Shown here: in pieces, positions 54,957 to 64,000 of the stretch
Layout: each line of letters begins with the position of its first letter
Numbering within the stretch: the first letter of the stretch is position 1
NCBI GenBank assembly: GCA_025360715.1
Contig: JANYBS010000005.1
Span: 5,571-69,570, forward strand
DNA: 64,000 nucleotides
Direction: 5' to 3'
DNA from: Candidatus Eiseniibacteriota bacterium
Lineage (GTDB): Bacteria; Eisenbacteria; RBG-16-71-46
Program-made: the position numbers and the translations under genes
The notes under the pieces: generated by a model
Told to the model about the DNA's origin: nothing
The model's database searches: none
What the model saw: only the letters and a program-made list of their open reading frames with translations

Positions 54957-56339
54957 ATGATGCTCGGACGTTTCACCCCCACGCTGCCGGACGTGAAGGC
55001 GCTGCTGCGCCTCGCGCTCCCCATGGTCGCCGCCCAGGTCGGCATCATGAGCCTTGGCGTGGTCGATGTGATCGTCGTGGGGCATGTCTCCGCCCACGCG
55101 CTTGCGGGGGTATCGCTCGGCAACCTGTACGTGTTCGGACTGGCGGTCTCCGGCATGGCCACGCTCTGGGCGCTCGATCCGATCGTGTCGCAGGCGATGG
55201 GCGCCAAGGATATGGATGGCGTGGCGCTCGGCATCCAGCGCGGGCTTGTGCTCTCAGGCGCCATCGGTCTCACGCTCACGCTGCTCTGCCTACCCGCCGC
55301 GGCAGTCTTCCGCATGCTGCGCGAGCCCGCAGAAGTGATCCCGAGCGCGGCGGGGTTCGTGTGGATCTCCGCGTTCGGCATGCTGCCGCTGCTGCTCTTC
55401 TCCACGCTGCGGCAGAGCCTGCAGGCCATGAAGATGACGCGCACGCTGGTCCTCACGATCCTGTTCGGGAATCTCGTCAACCTGTTCTTCAACTGGGTGT
55501 TCGTGTTCGGCCATCTGGGGGCCAGGCCCGGCGGCGCCGAGGGGTCGGCGCTCTCGAGCGTGCTGGGCCGCTGGATCATGCTCGCGACGCTGCTTTACTT
55601 CTCGCGCACACGGCTGGGGCCATTCGTGCGGCCGTGGCGCCGCGAATCGTTCCTGCGCGAGCCGCTGCTGCGCACCCTTCGCATCGGCCTGCCGATCGGT
55701 GTGCAGGCGTCGATCGAGTTCACGACGTTCGCGGCCATCTCGATCCTGGCAGGTTGGTTCGGCGAGGTGGCGATCGGAGGGCACCAGGTGGCGATCAATC
55801 TCGCCTCGCTCACGTTCATGGTCCCCGCCGGGGTGTCCGGCGCCGCGTCCGTGCTGGTGGGCCATGCGATCGGCGAAGGCGACCTGCCGCACGCCCGGCG
55901 AGTGGCGGCCAGTGCGCTCGGAGTGGGCGCGGGCTTCATGGCGCTCTCTGCGCTCGTGCTCCGGGCGTTTCCCCAGGCCTTGGCGCAGCTCTACACGAAT
56001 GTGCCGGGTGTGATCGCGCTTGCGGCGGTGCTGTTGCCCATCGCCGGAGTCTTCCAGGTGTTCGACGGCATCCAGGTCGTGGCCTCAGGCATATTGCGCG
56101 GCGCGGGGGACACGCGCGCGGCCATGATCTCGAACCTGTTGGGCTTTTATCTGGTCGGCATGCCCGTGAGTCTCTGGTGCGGCTTCGGCCTGCACCTGGG
56201 CGTCGTCGGGCTCTGGTGGGGATTCGTCGCCGGGCTCGTGGCGGTCGCCACGTTCCTCGTCCTGCGCGTGCGAGTCACGCTGAGCCGCGAGATCGCACGC
56301 GTGCGCGTCGACGATGCGCCCGTGATCTCATCTCACTGA
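54957..56339 (+). CDS. MATE-family multidrug/Na+ efflux transporter
   Basis: 460 aa with 12 TM helices and a NorM/DinF-like sequence. It is divergent from the LLM gene with an 82-bp spacer. Confidence 0.85.
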   Translation: MMLGRFTPTLPDVKALLRLALPMVAAQVGIMSLGVVDVIVVGHVSAHALAGVSLGNLYVFGLAVSGMATLWALDPIVSQAMGAKDMDGVALGIQRGLVLSGAIGLTLTLLCLPAAAVFRMLREPAEVIPSAAGFVWISAFGMLPLLLFSTLRQSLQAMKMTRTLVLTILFGNLVNLFFNWVFVFGHLGARPGGAEGSALSSVLGRWIMLATLLYFSRTRLGPFVRPWRRESFLREPLLRTLRIGLPIGVQASIEFTTFAAISILAGWFGEVAIGGHQVAINLASLTFMVPAGVSGAASVLVGHAIGEGDLPHARRVAASALGVGAGFMALSALVLRAFPQALAQLYTNVPGVIALAAVLLPIAGVFQVFDGIQVVASGILRGAGDTRAAMISNLLGFYLVGMPVSLWCGFGLHLGVVGLWWGFVAGLVAVATFLVLRVRVTLSREIARVRVDDAPVISSH

Positions 56340-56350
56340 TCGCTGGTCCA

Positions 56351-59300
56351 TCATGATTGGCGCAGCTGTCGCTCCGGGATCCCCACCTCGACACGGGCGA
56401 TACCGCCGTCACGCGACAGCAATGACGCACTGGCCGCGCCGTCCAACGCCTGTCCGGCGCGCTCGCTGACACTGCCGTCGGCGCGCGTGATGCGGACCCA
56501 GGCATCGGCCTGAGTGATCGTGTAGAGCACCGGCGTCTGGCCGAGCGTGAAGGCGAGCGAGCCGGCCGCCAGTGCTTCGGTATGCCGTTCGCCGCGGCGG
56601 TCCACCCGGGTCCACTCGCGCGGCGCCGACAGGAACTCGTCGCGCTTGAGTAGGACGGGCGTGAAGTGCACAAGACCCTCGCTCACCCGCACTCCCAACT
56701 CACCGAAGCGGGTGAGGATCTCCTCCTTCACCTGCCCCGTCATGCCGGGCTGCTGCGCGCCGGCGTGAGCGGGCGTGTGCGAATACGGGTCGCTCGGGAA
56801 GGCGCCGTACTCCGCCGGTGACTTGGCGAAGCCGAGACCGGCGCGCACGCGGTCGTAGTACGCGATGAGCGCGATGCGTTCCTTGCGGGACGCGGCGTGG
56901 TCTGCGCAGGCGAACACGCACTCCTGCACGGCCACCAGCAGCTTGGCGACCATGTGCCAGTAGATGCTGCCCAGCCCTTCGTACGCGAACATCGTGCCGG
57001 ACCGGCCGGTGTAGGTGCGATGGCCGAACGTGTCCACGTACAGCGCTGCGACCGCATCGCGGTCGGCCAGCACGGCGTCGCGCCAGGCGCTTGATGCGGC
57101 CAGCGCATCGAGCGCGGCGTTCACGTCGCGCACATTCGCGAAGTCGGCGTGGAAGCGCAGCACCCCGAACGCGTCGCGCTCGAGGATCGAACCTTCGCCG
57201 CCCCCCAGCATGCGCATCACGAGCGGCAACGCGGTGGCGCGCACCTCGGGGACGCGGTTGCGATCGAGGAAGCCCGGCAGTTCGCGCTCCGGATAGAGCA
57301 GAAAACTCTGCTGGTCTGCGCGGTAGAGCGGACTCGCGAAGAGGCTCCGCAACATGTCGATCGCTTCTTCGCCGCCGATCAGGCCGCTGCCAAGGACGGC
57401 GACCTGGCCTTCGAGCATCTCGGCGAGCGGGCGCACACGGGCGCCGGCCTCATCGCGCTCGAGCACGTGGTAGGAGTGATACAGGCCGTCGTCGCGGCGG
57501 TTCGCGTGCCCGGCATGCTCGATGTGGGCGCGCATCGCCGAGAGGAACGCCAGGATCTCGGTCGTCGCCACGTTCTCCGAAGCGCGCAGGCCGTGCGTGT
57601 ACACCTGTTCGCGGTAGCGCGTGAACGCCTCGCCGAGCGCGTCCATCATCTCGGCACGCTGGGGCTCGGTGATGGCGGCATCCGTGAGCGTCGGGCGGTA
57701 GCGTTCGGCCACTGCAGCGACCTCGCGCATCCAGGCGGCCACATCACCCGTCACCGGTGCCTGCTCGACACCGGCTTCGCTCAGAACCTGCTCAAAGAAC
57801 ACGAGGTGCCGAGCGAGTTGGTAGAGCGTCACCGCCGACACGCCGTTGCCCACCAAAGCGTTATTCGCATCGTTCCACTCGGGCCGCTCGGTATTCATCC
57901 AGATGCCCGCGCCGGGCACGAAGCACGACCACTTGGACAGCACCGGCACGAGCAGTTTCTCGAGCAGGCTCACGTGGCGGATCGCGCCGTTAGCGTCGTG
58001 CACGAGCTTTCCGTCCTGGCCGACCTGTGCGACGCGCGCCTGCACGGCGCGCGCGTGCTGTGCGTCATAGCGGATCGTCGCGCGCGGGTCGATGAGCATG
58101 TCGGCGTAAGGGCGGAGCCGATAGGGCACGTCGGCATACGTGAAGATCTCCGCGGTAAGCAGGCCTTCGAGCGTACCCGGCGAAGTGCGCCGCAACTGCT
58201 CGAGGAGGCGAAGCAGATAGATGATCTGGTGATCACCCCAGTATCCGATGCCGCTCCAGGGGTTCTCCGGATCGAGCACTTCCCAATCGATACCGTCTCG
58301 CGAGATGCGATAGGGGTTGAAGCCATCCACCGTGGAGGCGTTGACGAACCGGGCGATCATGTTCGGCAGGAAGCCCGGGAAGCTCAGCGAGAGCGCTTCC
58401 CAGTTCTGGAATACGTCGCGCCAGTTGCCCTCGTAGCGCAGCGCACGCGCGCCATCTTGCTCACGCACCTGGATGCTGAACTTATTCCACGGCCGGCTCG
58501 GATCGCCATGCCGGCGTCCGAAGTAAAGCGGCAGGTACTCCAGGCACAGCCGGCGCACCGCTGCATCGCCCGTGCGGGCGGCCGCCAGATGCAGTTCGGC
58601 GACGTCGATCGTCGGCGGCAGCGAAGCCAGCCACGTGGCGTGGCGCTCGGCCACGGCCTTCTCGCGCATCGCCATGAAGGCGGCGAGGTCGGCACTGGGG
58701 ATCTCGTGATCCTGCACGAAGACACCACCGCGCAGGTCGTTGAAGAGCACGTTCGCGAAATGGTGCGCCGTCGTCTCGGTGCGCTCGCCGGCCTGCTGGC
58801 CGTCGGCGCTGGCGACGATGCGCTCCAGATTCTGCGTCGCGTCCACCAGACACTGCTCGATCCACGGACCCAGCTCTTCGCGGCGCAGCAGCTTCGAGCG
58901 CAGGTTCGCGATCTGCAGATGCGTGCGGCCCGTGTCGAGTGCGAGATACCACGTGGCCGACGCGCGAGCCGCGACCGTGATTTGCGCATGCACGAACGCA
59001 TTCGTACGCCGGCCCGTGAGCACGCGCTCTTCGGTCACGCTCTCGCCGCGGCGGAAGGCCTCGACGGACTCGAGCGACAACACGAACTCATGGCCCGGCA
59101 GGCCGTGGCACCATGCGGTGGTGGCACGTAAGGACTCCGCGGGTTCGGGACGGTCGCTCACGCGTGAAGAAAGCGATGCGATGGCCAAGCCAGCGAAGGG
59201 ATCCACGTCGATGCGCTTGTACGCGTCGACCAGGCAGCTCGAGTGCTGCTGCAGCGCCAGCGGCGCGCCGAAGGGCAGCAGATCGCGCACACCATCCAGT

Positions 59301-59863
59301 AGCTCGATCGCGAGCATGGCGCCGCCGAGGTTCTCCAGTCTCACCGTGCGCACCCAGCCCGTGGCATCGCTGCCACACCACGTCATGTGGAACGCGAGTT
59401 CGCGGCGGCTGTCGACCTCGGAGAAGACCAAGCGGTTGCCGGCGACATTCTTGAAGAGTATCCGTTCGACCGCGGCGTCTGCACCGGGCCGACTCTCGAA
59501 GGGCTCCCAGAGCTCGGCTTCGCCGCCCTCGCGACGGATGCGCAGCAACGTCAGAGGTCCCGCCCACGTGTGCGAATCGTGCAAGCGGTCGACGGTCTCG
59601 TAAGGCAGCAGGGCGCCATCGGGATCGCGACGGCCGGCGGTGACGCCACCGGTTGACGAGATGAACATCCACAGGTCGGTGTCCGTAGGCAGGCTGATCA
59701 GGAACGGCGGCATCCGGTCATAGCCCCGGATCTCATAGCCGGCCTCGCCGTCACGAAGCACGAAATCCCCGCGCGGGCCCATGGCCTGCGCTATGTCCCC
59801 CGACTCCGTCCGGCGCTGCGCACGCTTGCTGCGCGCACCGGGCAACCCGCTCACGTCCGTCAT
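56351..59863 (-). CDS. Large (~1170 aa) cytoplasmic conserved hypothetical protein, possibly an (alpha/alpha)6-barrel glycoside hydrolase / phosphorylase-like enzyme
   Basis: An uninterrupted 3.5 kb frame. ATG at 59863 lies 7 nt after the upstream gene's stop. There is no signal peptide. Motifs such as NWRDVFQNWEALS...GYWGDHQIIYLL are reminiscent of glycosidase / phosphorylase barrels, but I cannot assign a family from sequence alone. Confidence 0.45.
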   Translation of the reverse strand: MTDVSGLPGARSKRAQRRTESGDIAQAMGPRGDFVLRDGEAGYEIRGYDRMPPFLISLPTDTDLWMFISSTGGVTAGRRDPDGALLPYETVDRLHDSHTWAGPLTLLRIRREGGEAELWEPFESRPGADAAVERILFKNVAGNRLVFSEVDSRRELAFHMTWCGSDATGWVRTVRLENLGGAMLAIELLDGVRDLLPFGAPLALQQHSSCLVDAYKRIDVDPFAGLAIASLSSRVSDRPEPAESLRATTAWCHGLPGHEFVLSLESVEAFRRGESVTEERVLTGRRTNAFVHAQITVAARASATWYLALDTGRTHLQIANLRSKLLRREELGPWIEQCLVDATQNLERIVASADGQQAGERTETTAHHFANVLFNDLRGGVFVQDHEIPSADLAAFMAMREKAVAERHATWLASLPPTIDVAELHLAAARTGDAAVRRLCLEYLPLYFGRRHGDPSRPWNKFSIQVREQDGARALRYEGNWRDVFQNWEALSLSFPGFLPNMIARFVNASTVDGFNPYRISRDGIDWEVLDPENPWSGIGYWGDHQIIYLLRLLEQLRRTSPGTLEGLLTAEIFTYADVPYRLRPYADMLIDPRATIRYDAQHARAVQARVAQVGQDGKLVHDANGAIRHVSLLEKLLVPVLSKWSCFVPGAGIWMNTERPEWNDANNALVGNGVSAVTLYQLARHLVFFEQVLSEAGVEQAPVTGDVAAWMREVAAVAERYRPTLTDAAITEPQRAEMMDALGEAFTRYREQVYTHGLRASENVATTEILAFLSAMRAHIEHAGHANRRDDGLYHSYHVLERDEAGARVRPLAEMLEGQVAVLGSGLIGGEEAIDMLRSLFASPLYRADQQSFLLYPERELPGFLDRNRVPEVRATALPLVMRMLGGGEGSILERDAFGVLRFHADFANVRDVNAALDALAASSAWRDAVLADRDAVAALYVDTFGHRTYTGRSGTMFAYEGLGSIYWHMVAKLLVAVQECVFACADHAASRKERIALIAYYDRVRAGLGFAKSPAEYGAFPSDPYSHTPAHAGAQQPGMTGQVKEEILTRFGELGVRVSEGLVHFTPVLLKRDEFLSAPREWTRVDRRGERHTEALAAGSLAFTLGQTPVLYTITQADAWVRITRADGSVSERAGQALDGAASASLLSRDGGIARVEVGIPERQLRQS

Positions 59864-59870
59864 TTTGCGA

Positions 59871-61484
59871 TCACTCCAGGACCACGACACGCCGAGTGCT
59901 CGAAGCACCCGGTGACTTGACTCGGACCAGATACACGCCACTCGCGACGCGCTGTCCGGCATCATCTCTTCCATCCCATACCACGTCATGCGCCCCGGAG
60001 GTCATCGGGCCCGACGCCAGCGTGCGCACCAACCGGCCAGCGACGTCGTACAGCGCCACCTCGATCGGGCCCGCCGATGGCAGCTCGAAATGCAGCCGAG
60101 TCAGCGAGCGGACGGGGTTCGGCATCGCCGGCGCGAACGCCAGTTCGTGCGTTGTGGCAGGTGGCGGTGCGCCCAGCGTGATGCAGTCGCCGTTCGGGCA
60201 CGACGGCCGGAACGCGAAGTTGTCGAACACGACTTCCTGCTTGATCAGCGGCGCGCGCGTGTTCTGCCACAGGTTCAGGTGCACGCGCGGCATCTCGGGG
60301 CGCGGGATGTGCGGCCCCGCATACGTCCACGCGTAGACGATGTGCGCCGGTGTCTCGGCGTTCGCATCGCCACGCCAGCAGCGGTACTCCACGCGGTCGG
60401 GGAGCCAGCGCATGGCGTAGCTCACGAGCTCGGAGTCGCCATAGGTGACATTGAAGCGCGACAGGTTGCCCGCGGTGCCAAAGGGCTGCGCTACGAACTG
60501 CGCATCGGCGTTGAGCCCATTGCCCCAGCGGCTGATCTCCACATCAATCTCGTTGTACGGATTCCACCACAGGTAGGCATTGTCGAAGCATTCGCCGTAC
60601 TGCCACAGAAAGATGCCGGCGACCATGGCCGGATCCAGGTTGTCGAGGCGGCCTCGGGTCGTGAAAACGTAGTCGCCATAGCCCAGCGCCGTATCGAGCG
60701 CGACTTCACTGCTGTACCAGGTGGAGCCGCTTTTCTGGATCGCCAAGTGCAGCCGGCCCGAGGGGTCGACGAACACGGCGTTCGCACTGTTGTCGAAGTA
60801 GTTCGGGCCCGGTCCCATGAGGCCCGGCCCCTTCACTCGCCAGGTGCGCCCTGCGAAGCCAACGGTGCGGCCGCTGCCGAAGTCGCCCCACTGCAGGCTC
60901 TCGAGTGTGGGCGGCCCCACAAGGTCGCAGTTCACATTGTCATAGACCACCTCGGGCTGAGGATCGGTGGGGCTCTGCAGCACGCCGACCAGGAGATGGA
61001 TCGACGTCGTGCCTGCCGGCGCCGCGCCGCTTGTGAAGATCGCCTGCTGGAAGCGATCCACGGGGCTCGCAGGGGTGAGAACCTCGTGCGACTCGTAGCT
61101 GATGAGCGCGCCCGCGCTGTTGCGCCATTCGATGTTCACGATCGCGCGGTTGCCACCGACGAGCGGAGCATTGGCCGTCTGCAGCGCCATCAGGTTCACG
61201 ATCCACTTCTGGCCGGGAGCGCAGGTCTGCGACTGCCAGTACGCCGACACATCCCAGTTCCCGTTGTTCGGCCCCAGGACACGCGCGGCCGCGTGGCCGT
61301 GCACGACGCGCGTGGAGCTACCGACGATCCCGAACTGGCTCCACCCGGCGAAAGTCACACCGTTCGAACCCGCAAGTTCGAAGCTTGGATTCGCCAGCAT
61401 GCACTGTGCACCGGCCGGCACCGCCGCTACGGATGCGAGCAGCGCGAGGGTGCAAGCAAGGGCGCGGGACTTCAACGACATCAA
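59871..61484 (-). CDS. Secreted CBM4/9-like + GH16-like (ExDxE) laminarinase-type protein with FlgD-Ig / T9SS-like C-terminal domain
   Basis: Signal peptide MMSLKSRALACTLALLASVAAVPAGAQ. The N-terminal ANPSFELAG...GWSQFG module looks CBM-like. A concanavalin-like region carries NEIDVEISRW, matching the GH16 E-x-D-x-x-E pattern. The C-terminus NPVRSLTRLHFELP...VALYDVAGRLVRTL...WDGRDDAGQRVASGVYLVRV has the same sorting-domain pattern as 26823..28466. Confidence 0.6.
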   Translation of the reverse strand: MMSLKSRALACTLALLASVAAVPAGAQCMLANPSFELAGSNGVTFAGWSQFGIVGSSTRVVHGHAAARVLGPNNGNWDVSAYWQSQTCAPGQKWIVNLMALQTANAPLVGGNRAIVNIEWRNSAGALISYESHEVLTPASPVDRFQQAIFTSGAAPAGTTSIHLLVGVLQSPTDPQPEVVYDNVNCDLVGPPTLESLQWGDFGSGRTVGFAGRTWRVKGPGLMGPGPNYFDNSANAVFVDPSGRLHLAIQKSGSTWYSSEVALDTALGYGDYVFTTRGRLDNLDPAMVAGIFLWQYGECFDNAYLWWNPYNEIDVEISRWGNGLNADAQFVAQPFGTAGNLSRFNVTYGDSELVSYAMRWLPDRVEYRCWRGDANAETPAHIVYAWTYAGPHIPRPEMPRVHLNLWQNTRAPLIKQEVVFDNFAFRPSCPNGDCITLGAPPPATTHELAFAPAMPNPVRSLTRLHFELPSAGPIEVALYDVAGRLVRTLASGPMTSGAHDVVWDGRDDAGQRVASGVYLVRVKSPGASSTRRVVVLE

Positions 61485-61606
61485 GAGACTCCGCAGGGGA
61501 ACGACAGGGTGGCGAGTGTTGCGGCACTTGGACGCGCCACGAAGCGCGCGGCGGGTACGACATGCGGACGGTCACCGGTGGGCGACCGTCCGCATCCCGG
61601 CGAAGA

Positions 61607-63031
61607 CTAGCGGCTGAGAACGAGTGAGCGCGACTGACGGCCCGCGGCGGTGTTCAGCACGGCGCGATACACGCCGGCCGGAGCAAGGCGGCCATCCGAC
61701 GCGCGGCCATCCCAGATGCCGACATGCGAACCCGCCTCGGCGACACCCTTGAAAAGCGTCGCGATGTGACGGCCCGTGATGTCATAGACGGCGAGATCGA
61801 CGGCGCTACGCTGCGGCAAGGTGTAGTCCACGCGCGTGGAGCCCGTGAAGGGATTCGGGGCGGGAGCGGCGAGTGCGAGCGTCGAGGTGGGCGAGGGGTT
61901 CACGCCCGCCACGTCAAGGCGCCGCAGCCACAGGTCATCAACGAAAAAGGACCCACCGAACAAGCTGGGAGAGATGAAGAGCATGTACGTGTCGACCGCC
62001 ACGGTCCCGACCGGCGCCGTCGCGGTGATCGCCTTGCGCTGCCACGTCCCGAGCGGGGACGTGTTGTCCGCGAGCACTGCCTCGACCGAGCCGATGTCAT
62101 TGTTCACTGCGTCGCGGAACGTCAGCTTCTCGGTGATGAAATTGTCGTTCGTGCCCGTGATCGGACCGTCCTGGCAGGAGTTCTGCGCGTAGGCGCCGAA
62201 CTCGAACTGATTCCCAGGGGCCGCCGCGATGTGCTGGAACAGGCCCGACGGTGCGCCGGCGACGAACGTGGAGAACAACTTCGCCGCGCCCGGGCGCGAG
62301 TGGATCGCGAGCGAACGGGCGTCCTGGAACACATTGCCGAAGGTCGTCCAGCTGCCGAGGCCCGCCGAGAAGCCCGGGTTCGCGAGAAGATTGGCGGACG
62401 CGTCGAGCGCCGTCGGGTTCTGCTCGAAGACGAGGTCATCGAGGAAGGCCGAGCCATTCGCGCAGCCCGGCTGGAGATAGAGGATATCGGCTTCCACGCG
62501 CAGTGCGCCCGTCGGGGCGACAGTGCTCACCGTGAAGGGGATCCACTGGTTCTTGGGCGTGAACGTGCTGGCGAGCACGATCTCGTTCGACTGGATCTCG
62601 GTGCCACCGGTGACGCGGTCAAAGAACACGATCTTCGCCAGCACGCGGTTGTTGTTGCAGACATCCGCGCCGGTGATGGGATCGACGCTCGAGACGAACG
62701 TGTAGCCGCTGAACTGGTAGGTCTTGCCGATGCTGGGAGAGAAGGCCTGGCCGAAGCCGCAGACGCTGAATGACGGCGTGCCGGGGCAGCCGACGAAGCC
62801 GCCATAGATCTTGGCGGCCGCGACGCCGTTACGAATGATGTTGTCCGTCGCCGGCGTCGAGAGCTGCACGCCACCACCGAAAGTGAACCATCCGGTGTAA
62901 CCACCACCCCCGGCTTCGAAGCCCGGGTTCGCGAGAAGGTTCGTGCCGGCGTGGGAGGTCGATGGCGCCATCCCAGCCAGGAGCGTCAGCAGGAAAGCCG
63001 AGCGAAGCAGGGTGCTGAAGGACTGTCGCAT
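61607..63031 (-). CDS. Secreted protein with two CBM4/9-like carbohydrate-binding modules and FlgD-Ig / T9SS-like C-terminal domain
   Basis: ATG at 63031 (MRQSFSTLLRSAFLLTLLAGMAPSTSHA). Two repeats each begin NLLANPGFEAGGG...GW / NLLANPGFSAGLGSW. The C-terminus is NPFTGSTRVDYTLPQ...LAVYDITGRHIATLF...WDGRASDGRLAPAGVYRAVL. Confidence 0.55.
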   Translation of the reverse strand: MRQSFSTLLRSAFLLTLLAGMAPSTSHAGTNLLANPGFEAGGGGYTGWFTFGGGVQLSTPATDNIIRNGVAAAKIYGGFVGCPGTPSFSVCGFGQAFSPSIGKTYQFSGYTFVSSVDPITGADVCNNNRVLAKIVFFDRVTGGTEIQSNEIVLASTFTPKNQWIPFTVSTVAPTGALRVEADILYLQPGCANGSAFLDDLVFEQNPTALDASANLLANPGFSAGLGSWTTFGNVFQDARSLAIHSRPGAAKLFSTFVAGAPSGLFQHIAAAPGNQFEFGAYAQNSCQDGPITGTNDNFITEKLTFRDAVNNDIGSVEAVLADNTSPLGTWQRKAITATAPVGTVAVDTYMLFISPSLFGGSFFVDDLWLRRLDVAGVNPSPTSTLALAAPAPNPFTGSTRVDYTLPQRSAVDLAVYDITGRHIATLFKGVAEAGSHVGIWDGRASDGRLAPAGVYRAVLNTAAGRQSRSLVLSR

Positions 63032-63248
63032 CTGGTCACTCCTCACAGGTTCGGTTTTCGCGACAGGACCGTGCAGCCGGTGGCGTGTCACGCACGCGTG
63101 AGTCCGGCAGGTGAACGGTTCCGTGGGATCGGGATTCGACGGCAGACAAGGGCGCTGGACAAAGCGTTGCGCTCTTGACAACCTCAGAAGAATCCTAGAC
63201 TATGTTCGCCTTGCGAACAAAGTCCTTTTTTCATGGCTGAGGGACCCC

Positions 63249-64000
63249 ATGATCCCAGGATCCATGCTTCCAGGGTCGGCATTTCCAGACCCGACGACGT
63301 CATCCGGCACCGCCACCCCTGCAGATGCGCTTCTCGATGTCCGAGGTCTGCGCAAGGTCTTCTCCTCCCAGCGGCTTTTCAGCCCGAAACGCGAAGTGTG
63401 CGCGGCCGAGGATGTGTCGTTCCGTCTTTCGCGCGGCGAAGCCATCGCACTGGTAGGCGAATCCGGAAGCGGTAAATCCACCATCGCTAGGCTGCTCTTG
63501 AGGTTGGAGAAGCCTGACCGCGGCCAGATCCGCTTGGGTGGGGAGGACGTGCTCGCGCGCGAACCGCGCCGCGCCTCGTTGAAGTACCGAGGCCGGGTCC
63601 AGATGGTTTTTCAGGACCCGTTCGGTTCGCTGAATCCCGTGCACAGTGTCGGCCATCATCTGATCCGCCCTCTCCAGCGCCATCTGGGGCTTATTCCCCA
63701 TTCGTCCGCACTACGGACGCGCGCCGGTCTTTGGACCCGTGCCCTCGAACTCCTCGGGACGGTCGGACTTGGTCCGGCCGAGGACTACATCCGCCGCTAC
63801 CCGCATGAACTCTCGGGCGGTCAGCGCCAGCGTGTCGCGATCGCACGTGCCCTGGCTGTAGCGCCGGACCTGCTTGTGGCCGACGAGCCCACCTCGATGC
63901 TCGATGTGAGCATCCGCATGGGAGTACTCAACCTTCTCGCCGAACTCAAACGCGAGAAGGGCCTGTCGGTGATCCTCATCACCCACGATCTTGCGTCCGC
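63249..64000 (+). CDS. Oligopeptide/dipeptide-type ABC transporter ATP-binding protein (OppF/DppF-like), 3' end beyond window
   Basis: ATG at 63249 after GAGGGA. The product contains ...LLDVRGLRKVF..., Walker A GESGSGKST, signature LSGGQRQRVAIARAL and Walker B LLVADEPTSMLD. The frame remains open to the window end. Confidence 0.8.
   Translation, partial: MIPGSMLPGSAFPDPTTSSGTATPADALLDVRGLRKVFSSQRLFSPKREVCAAEDVSFRLSRGEAIALVGESGSGKSTIARLLLRLEKPDRGQIRLGGEDVLAREPRRASLKYRGRVQMVFQDPFGSLNPVHSVGHHLIRPLQRHLGLIPHSSALRTRAGLWTRALELLGTVGLGPAEDYIRRYPHELSGGQRQRVAIARALAVAPDLLVADEPTSMLDVSIRMGVLNLLAELKREKGLSVILITHDLAS

Overview
This is a 64 kb window of very GC-rich bacterial chromosome, densely coded, with overlapping or tightly coupled genes. 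The high GC content, the many exported proteins and three proteins carrying a FlgD-Ig / T9SS-like C-terminal sorting domain point to a Gemmatimonadota-like or related soil bacterium; that is a guess from the sequence only.

Recognisable housekeeping and accessory genes, in order:
- a purine-catabolism block: a cupin protein likely to be ureidoglycine aminohydrolase, then a three-subunit xanthine dehydrogenase-type molybdoenzyme in large / 2Fe-2S / FAD order;
- a GNAT acetyltransferase carrying an in-frame internal deletion;
- an AIM24-family protein, dut, pip, and a roughly 1020 aa BNR/sortilin-like exported protein;
- an ABC-F ATPase, glnS, and a five-gene plus-strand cassette (M20 amidohydrolase, LmbE/PIG-L deacetylase, PLP-dependent decarboxylase, SAM O-methyltransferase, MFS transporter);
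- pirin, and a DtxR-feoA-feoB operon followed by a small FeoB-associated Cys-rich membrane protein;
- a luciferase-like monooxygenase, a MATE transporter, and a roughly 1170 aa cytoplasmic protein beside two secreted carbohydrate-binding / GH16-like proteins;
- the start of an Opp/Dpp-type ABC ATPase at the window end.

The most interesting part lies at about 11.3-34.8 kb. Two paralogous modules, each TlpA thioredoxin - DUF4266 lipoprotein - DUF3570 protein plus an ApbE FAD:protein FMN transferase, face each other across a roughly 19 kb minus-strand gene string running from 33554 down to 14177. That string is almost entirely tightly spaced. It contains:
- an HzsA-like beta-propeller diheme c-type cytochrome, sitting inside module 2;
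- several exported and outer-membrane proteins, and an NHL-repeat protein with a T9SS-like C-terminal domain;
- a roughly 1600 aa TPR protein and a TPR lipoprotein;
- a Ton/Agl-like motor: ExbB, two ExbD paralogs and a TonB-like protein with a Gly-rich linker.

Both modules keep identical gene junctions: an ATGA overlap, then a 10-nt overlap in which the DUF3570 start codon sits inside the DUF4266 C-terminal Cys-Asn codons. DUF3570 copy 1 carries an ApbE-type flavinylation motif, DGITGAS. I interpret this as a duplicated extracytosolic flavin/heme redox module of unknown function.

No rRNA, tRNA, CRISPR array or mobile element was detected. The ORF track's long antisense ORFs are artefacts of the high GC content.
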